Assembly (NCBI RefSeq): GCF_000284455.1
Contig: NC_017039.1
Coordinates: 1,050,001 to 1,082,000, forward strand
DNA from: Synechocystis sp. PCC 6803 substr. PCC-P
Lineage (GTDB): Bacteria > Cyanobacteriota > Cyanobacteriia > Cyanobacteriales > Microcystaceae
DNA: 32,000 bases
Direction: 5' to 3'
A model generated the notes under the pieces. The model was not told the origin of the DNA. It searched no databases and saw only the letters and a list, made by a program, of their open reading frames with translations. The position numbers were made by a program, and so were the translations under genes. This document shows, in pieces, positions 27,668 to 32,000 of the stretch. The stretch's first letter is position 1; the number at the start of each line of letters is the position of its first letter.

Positions 27668-27887
27668 TGTGCCACTTGCTCCTGATCAAATCTAGATTAT
27701 CAACAATTAATTTTTCTGCTCTAACAATTTGTTTTGTTTTTAGGCTTTTAGCATAATCCAGCTCAACGGGTTCGATCTAAAACTTGGCATACCCACCTCC
27801 GTGCCTAACATGGACATGCATTGGCTCCTGGCCTTCGTTGGCATAAAAAAAGAAGACATATCCCTCTGCTCTGAAGATTTATGGCAT
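27651..27887 (-). pseudogene. DUF4160-like gene with two in-frame nonsense codons
   Basis: My translation is MP*IFRAEGYVFFFYANEGQEPMHVHVRHGGGYAKF*IEPVELDYAKSLKTKQIVRAEKLIVDNLDLIRSKWHNVFGI*. TAA is at 27879-27881 and TAG at 27777-27779. Otherwise it resembles intact DUF4160 proteins (F.FYSNEG.EP.H.HV ... AKFW). Confidence 0.65.
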
Positions 27888-27994
27888 TGAACCTGTCGGG
27901 GAGGCGTTTCTAGGCGTCACCCACTGCCCTCATTTTATGCTGTCCTTGGTAGGTTTCAAGGCTCCCAAATATCTTCTAAGATGAAAATACTTTT

Positions 27995-28867
27995 TTGCCA
28001 GGAAAACCCATGCTGACTGTCCACCGTGATGCCCGGGATTACCAGATTATTTTTCTCTGTAGCTTTTTGAGTTTGGGGATATTGGCCCGGGACTGGAGTT
28101 TAAGCCCCCTGGTGATCGCCGTTGTTTTGGCCACTGCCCTGACAGTGCAATCCTTATTCACCATTAATCAACAGGGCAATTTTAGTCGGTGGTTTTCCCT
28201 CGATACCTGGCAGAGTTTATGGAGACATCAAGGTTGGAAAAGTGCTTTGATTACTGGCTTAGGTCTTTGTCTATTACTCCGAGCCAACCATTTATCCACT
28301 TTGATATTGGCGGCTAGTTTGGCGATCGCCAGCAAATTTTTGTTGCAAGCCTGGGGTAAACATTGGTTTAATCCGGCTAACTTCGGCATTATTGCCGCTC
28401 TGACTTTAACGGGGGATGCGTGGGTTTCCCCTGGACAATGGGGCACGACTCTCTGGTTGGGAGCAGTTTTCCTGGCTGCGGGGGGTTTGGTGTTGGGTAA
28501 AGTGGGACGATGGGACACATCAATAATGTTTTTGGCGGTTTATGCCGGGTTGGATTTAGCCCGCAACGCTTGGTTAGGTTGGCCGCCGGAAGTTAGTTTC
28601 CATCATTTGGAAAATGGCAGTTTACTGGTGTTTGCCCTGTTTATGCTCACCGATCCCCGCTCCATTCCCAATGCCCGCTCTAGTCGTTTAATCTGGGCTA
28701 CGGCGATCGCCATTTTTAGCCTAATTTTGCAATATCACTTCTACTTGCCCACTGCTTTGTTCTGGGCCTTGTTTTGTCTTTCGCCCCTGACCGTATTGCT
28801 AGACCGTCAGTTTCCCGCCCCTCGTTTTCAATGGTGGCAGAAGAAGAACCCTGTACCGTCAAATTAA
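27995..28867 (+). CDS. polytopic membrane protein, NqrB/RnfD-family-like
   Basis: The likelier start is the ATG at 28010 (MLTVHRD...); the track uses the TTG at 27995. It has multiple transmembrane helices. FALFMLTDPRSIP ... LSPLTVLLD resembles the FFMATDP ... PLID C-terminal region of RnfD/NqrB. That is a judgement from memory of those sequences. Confidence 0.45.
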   Translation: MPGKPMLTVHRDARDYQIIFLCSFLSLGILARDWSLSPLVIAVVLATALTVQSLFTINQQGNFSRWFSLDTWQSLWRHQGWKSALITGLGLCLLLRANHLSTLILAASLAIASKFLLQAWGKHWFNPANFGIIAALTLTGDAWVSPGQWGTTLWLGAVFLAAGGLVLGKVGRWDTSIMFLAVYAGLDLARNAWLGWPPEVSFHHLENGSLLVFALFMLTDPRSIPNARSSRLIWATAIAIFSLILQYHFYLPTALFWALFCLSPLTVLLDRQFPAPRFQWWQKKNPVPSN

Positions 28868-28911
28868 GCTAGGATGTGCCATCGGCTGGATAACTTGCTT
28901 CCTTTCCCCCA

Positions 28912-30756
28912 ATGACCCCATCCTTGTCCCTGGGCCAACGCCTCGATGACCGTTACCTGATTCAACTGCATTTAGGACAAAATTCCCTGGGTCAGCAGTA
29001 TCTGGCCCAAGATACCCACCGCTTTGATGAACCCTGCACCATCACGGTTTTAACTGCGCCCCCCGGGGACAAAGCCGGCAATTTGTTTAAGCAACAGGCG
29101 GAAATACTCTACGCCCTCGACCATCCCCAAATTGCTAATTTCCGGGAGTTTTTTGCCCTGGGGTCAGAGCTTTATCTAGTACAGGATTTTATCGAAGGAC
29201 AATCCTATTTCGATTTGCTCAAAGACCGCCGCCTTCAGGGGAAAGCTTTTACGGAATTGGAAGTACGCCAATGGTGCCGTCAACTGCTACCGGTTTTACA
29301 CTATCTCCACATCCAGAAAATTTGCCATGGCCAGATTAGCCCCAGTAGTATAATGCGCCGTACAGTGGATGGGCTGCCAGTGTTGGTAGATTTTACTCAT
29401 AGTCAATATTATTCCGGTACTCCAGGGGAAGACCGACGAGATTTACATGGTCTAGGCCTGGGGGCGATCGCCTTGCTGACGGGGGAAGTTAACCCTAACC
29501 CACCTTGGGAAAACCTGTTGTCCTCCGTTGCCCTCAGTCAGGAATTTCGCCAGTTATTGCTGAAATTACTAGCTTGGCCGCCCCTGGTGGATTGGCCTAC
29601 TTTGACGGACAATCTGAACAACTTGCCCCAGCATTTTTTGCCTACAGTGGCTGAGTTTAACCTGACGTCCACCATACCAGAGCAAACTGATAATGGCGTT
29701 GGTAAATCTAGCACCGGGGAACCCCCTTTCCCCACAGTCCATCAGTCTCCTGAATCTTCTTCTTCCGCAAAAGTAAAAAATATGGTCCGAGTCGATGGGT
29801 TAAAGGGGCTAGTCAAAAAATCATTCATCTTACTGGGCTTGATGGCGATCGCCATGGCCCTAGGCTGGGGAGCAGGGCAGTTATGGCTAGATAATCAACA
29901 ACGGGCGGCGTTGGAGAAATTGGCACAGGAAGAACCGGGGGATGATGTGCCGGAAAAAACCGATTTGGAGATTAAAAATGAAATTCGGGCCCGCCGACTA
30001 AATTTAGGCATTTCTCCCCAACGATTTCAGACCTTGATGGACGATGGTTTAGCTTTTCAGTTGGGTATTGACCCCCAGCAAAGGTTGGAAAAGAACCCCA
30101 ATACCAATGGTGCCCCTCTGAGCCTCGGCTCCCCAGAGCAACAGATGGCCATGACCATCACTGTGTTGGATGCCTTGGAAAGTTTGAGTCGAGAAGCTAC
30201 GAGGGATTTTGCCCAAAACAATTCCGGCGATCGCCGCCGCTGGATTCCGAGGGTAAATCAATTGCGCCTCAGCAGTCGTAGTTTTTACGATTTGGTCAAT
30301 GCCCGTTTCCATCACTATTTACCCATGGTCAGCCCTGCTTTATTGGGGGAACCGGAATTTGAGCAACGCCCCCTGGCCCAGGTATGGAATGCCATGGCCT
30401 TTGACAGCTTGGCAAGCCTGGAGGATGAAAGCCATTACCAAAGACTGAGTTTTGACGATACCAATCAGCTCAACCTCAATGGCACCCTGGAGCCAGGAGA
30501 AGGCTATGCCTATGCTGTTACCATTCCCCCCACAGAGGAGTTCAGCCTACAATTAACCGCCCCTCCCACCGCTCGAATTTCCTTCTATCCCCCCACCGGG
30601 CCGGAGGTAATTCTGCAAAATTCTGCCATGCACCGCTGGTCTGGCCCCACTGACCAAGCCGGTTATTACGAGTTGGTAATCACATCGGTAGCGGAGGAGC
30701 CGATCGCCTTTGAACTGGAACTCAGTATCATTCCCGCCAGTGCTCAACCATTTTGA
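28912..30756 (+). CDS. spkE: membrane-anchored Hanks-type Ser/Thr kinase homologue lacking catalytic residues (pseudokinase)
   Basis: The N-terminal kinase fold is recognisable (YLIQLHLGQNSLGQQYLA, ELYLVQDFIEGQSY, LHYLHIQKICHGQISPSSIM, VLVDFTHS). The VAIK Lys, the HRD Asp and the DFG Gly are replaced. One transmembrane helix (ILLGLMAIAMALGWGAG) is followed by an extracytoplasmic domain. The symbol comes from recall of Synechocystis SpkE. Confidence 0.7.
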   Translation: MTPSLSLGQRLDDRYLIQLHLGQNSLGQQYLAQDTHRFDEPCTITVLTAPPGDKAGNLFKQQAEILYALDHPQIANFREFFALGSELYLVQDFIEGQSYFDLLKDRRLQGKAFTELEVRQWCRQLLPVLHYLHIQKICHGQISPSSIMRRTVDGLPVLVDFTHSQYYSGTPGEDRRDLHGLGLGAIALLTGEVNPNPPWENLLSSVALSQEFRQLLLKLLAWPPLVDWPTLTDNLNNLPQHFLPTVAEFNLTSTIPEQTDNGVGKSSTGEPPFPTVHQSPESSSSAKVKNMVRVDGLKGLVKKSFILLGLMAIAMALGWGAGQLWLDNQQRAALEKLAQEEPGDDVPEKTDLEIKNEIRARRLNLGISPQRFQTLMDDGLAFQLGIDPQQRLEKNPNTNGAPLSLGSPEQQMAMTITVLDALESLSREATRDFAQNNSGDRRRWIPRVNQLRLSSRSFYDLVNARFHHYLPMVSPALLGEPEFEQRPLAQVWNAMAFDSLASLEDESHYQRLSFDDTNQLNLNGTLEPGEGYAYAVTIPPTEEFSLQLTAPPTARISFYPPTGPEVILQNSAMHRWSGPTDQAGYYELVITSVAEEPIAFELELSIIPASAQPF

Positions 30757-30949
30757 ACCGATGTGGAATAATCAATTTTCCCTTGGATGCACACAAAATA
30801 TCGCCACAACAGTAAACGACGAATCGGGAGAATTTTCCCCAGAACTTGCCTGTCCAACCAGACTTCTTAACCTATTCATAATCTTGTCAAAGACCCAAAT
30901 TCCTATCCTACGATGGAGACAACGGAGCATTTAGGGTGATTTATTTGAC

Positions 30950-31951
30950 ATGGAAACAACACATAGCTTTGGCGATCGAGCAGTTTTCGCCTTCGGGAAA
31001 CACACTGGAAAAATTTTTAAATATGCCCCTAGGGTTTTAAAAGATCAAGACCCAGAGGATCTGCATCAGTTGCGGGTGGGGGTACGACGGTTAAGAACGG
31101 CGGTCATTGGTTTTATGCCAGCCGTGCAATTACCCCAGGGCATTACGGAAAGAAAAATCGGAAAAATAGGTCAACAGTTGGGAGTGCAACGGGACAATGA
31201 TGTTTTGCAGGAAATTTTGCTCCATAAATATTTACCCCATTTACCAACATCGGAACAAGGTTGTTTGGAAAAAGTTTTAAAACGTTTACAAAAGGAGCGA
31301 AAACAGGCGTTTAAAGCCACCTATAAATTGTTAACCCACGACAAATTTACTCAATTTAAACAGAGCTGGGAAATATGGCTAGAACATCCCCACTTCACTA
31401 GCCTCGGTGGTTTGGCGATCGCCGATGTATTACCTGATTTACTTCTGCCCCAACTGAGCCAATTTTTTCTTCATCCCGGTTGGTTGGTTGGTACAGAAAT
31501 TGACCCCGATACTAACAGTTCAAACCGACAACGTCGCTGTATTGACCTCAGTCCTACCGCCATTGAAACTTTGTTAGACGGGGAAGAATCAATTTTGCAC
31601 GATTTACGTAAAGAAGCAAAACGCACCCGCTACCAAATGGAGCTATTTAGCGATTACTTTGGGGAAGAATATCAACAATTATTAGCCCAGGTAAAAATGA
31701 CCCAAGAAATCCTCGGCAATTTGCAAGATAGCTTCGTTTTGAGGGCCATGGTGGAGCAGTACCTGGATGTAGACCTAAAGCAACTCTGTCCCCAATGGAG
31801 TGCTATTTTCCATGGCGATCGCCTGGGATATTGGGACCAATGGCAACCATTGCAGAGCCAGTTTATCGACCCCGTATATCGTCACCACTGTCGTCAACTG
31901 GTGCAAAATCCCCTTGTAAACAGTGACCAGCCAACTTCTAGCAACCTTTAA
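30950..31951 (+). CDS. CHAD-domain protein
   Basis: 333 aa. LHQLRVGVRRLRTAV and LRKEAKRTRYQMELF are the repeated conserved His/Arg helices of CHAD domains. Confidence 0.8.
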   Translation: METTHSFGDRAVFAFGKHTGKIFKYAPRVLKDQDPEDLHQLRVGVRRLRTAVIGFMPAVQLPQGITERKIGKIGQQLGVQRDNDVLQEILLHKYLPHLPTSEQGCLEKVLKRLQKERKQAFKATYKLLTHDKFTQFKQSWEIWLEHPHFTSLGGLAIADVLPDLLLPQLSQFFLHPGWLVGTEIDPDTNSSNRQRRCIDLSPTAIETLLDGEESILHDLRKEAKRTRYQMELFSDYFGEEYQQLLAQVKMTQEILGNLQDSFVLRAMVEQYLDVDLKQLCPQWSAIFHGDRLGYWDQWQPLQSQFIDPVYRHHCRQLVQNPLVNSDQPTSSNL

Positions 31952-31963
31952 AGTTGGTGCCTG

Positions 31964-32000
31964 ATGGTTTCCCAAACTGACAAAGCAATCATCCTCGCCC
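31964..32000 (+). CDS. start of an unidentified gene (MVSQTDKAIILA...), truncated by the window end
   Basis: An ATG at 31964 is followed by an open frame to the window end. It is too short to identify. Confidence 0.25.
   Translation, partial: MVSQTDKAIILA

Noticed and set aside
30710-30934. 74-aa plus-strand ORF between spkE and the CHAD gene
   Set aside because: It overlaps the spkE 3' end in another frame and has no motif or convincing translation signal.
1-32000. Search for CRISPR arrays, rRNA, tRNA and IS transposases
   Set aside because: No regularly spaced direct repeats, no cloverleaf-like GC-rich 70-90-nt segments in intergenic regions, and no transposase-like ORFs were seen by eye. 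A tRNA or ncRNA scan would be needed to exclude small RNAs.

Overview
The window is a cyanobacterial chromosomal segment. About 28 copies of the HIP1 octamer GCGATCGC (my eye count) and several proteins I recognise point to Synechocystis sp. PCC 6803 or a very close relative; this is from recall and was not searched. Most of it is housekeeping: grxC-gshB, menB, pntA/pntB, a pmbA-like gene, ileS, dnaX, glgP. The strongest anomaly is in dnaX. The gene carries a 430-codon intein (17589-18878), and an intact-looking 323-codon double-LAGLIDADG homing-endonuclease ORF sits in a different reading frame of the same strand, filling the intein's centre. The other main observations are:
- An AT-rich four-gene islet splits pntA from pntB. 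It holds an unknown 179-aa protein, an orphan MNT nucleotidyltransferase and hicAB.
- A periplasmic pair looks like one operon: a Tat-signal Mn-bicupin (MncA-like) followed by a Sec-signal three-CxxCH cytochrome with a TsdA-like dihaem C-terminus.
- A small decaying cluster of nuclease-fold/TA-like genes lies at 26071-27887, including two genes with in-frame nonsense codons.
- A membrane-anchored Ser/Thr pseudokinase (SpkE-like) sits next to a stand-alone NqrB/RnfD-like membrane protein.
- A perfect 2 x 20-bp tandem repeat lies upstream of a small Cys-rich ORF.

I saw no rRNA, tRNA or CRISPR array by eye.
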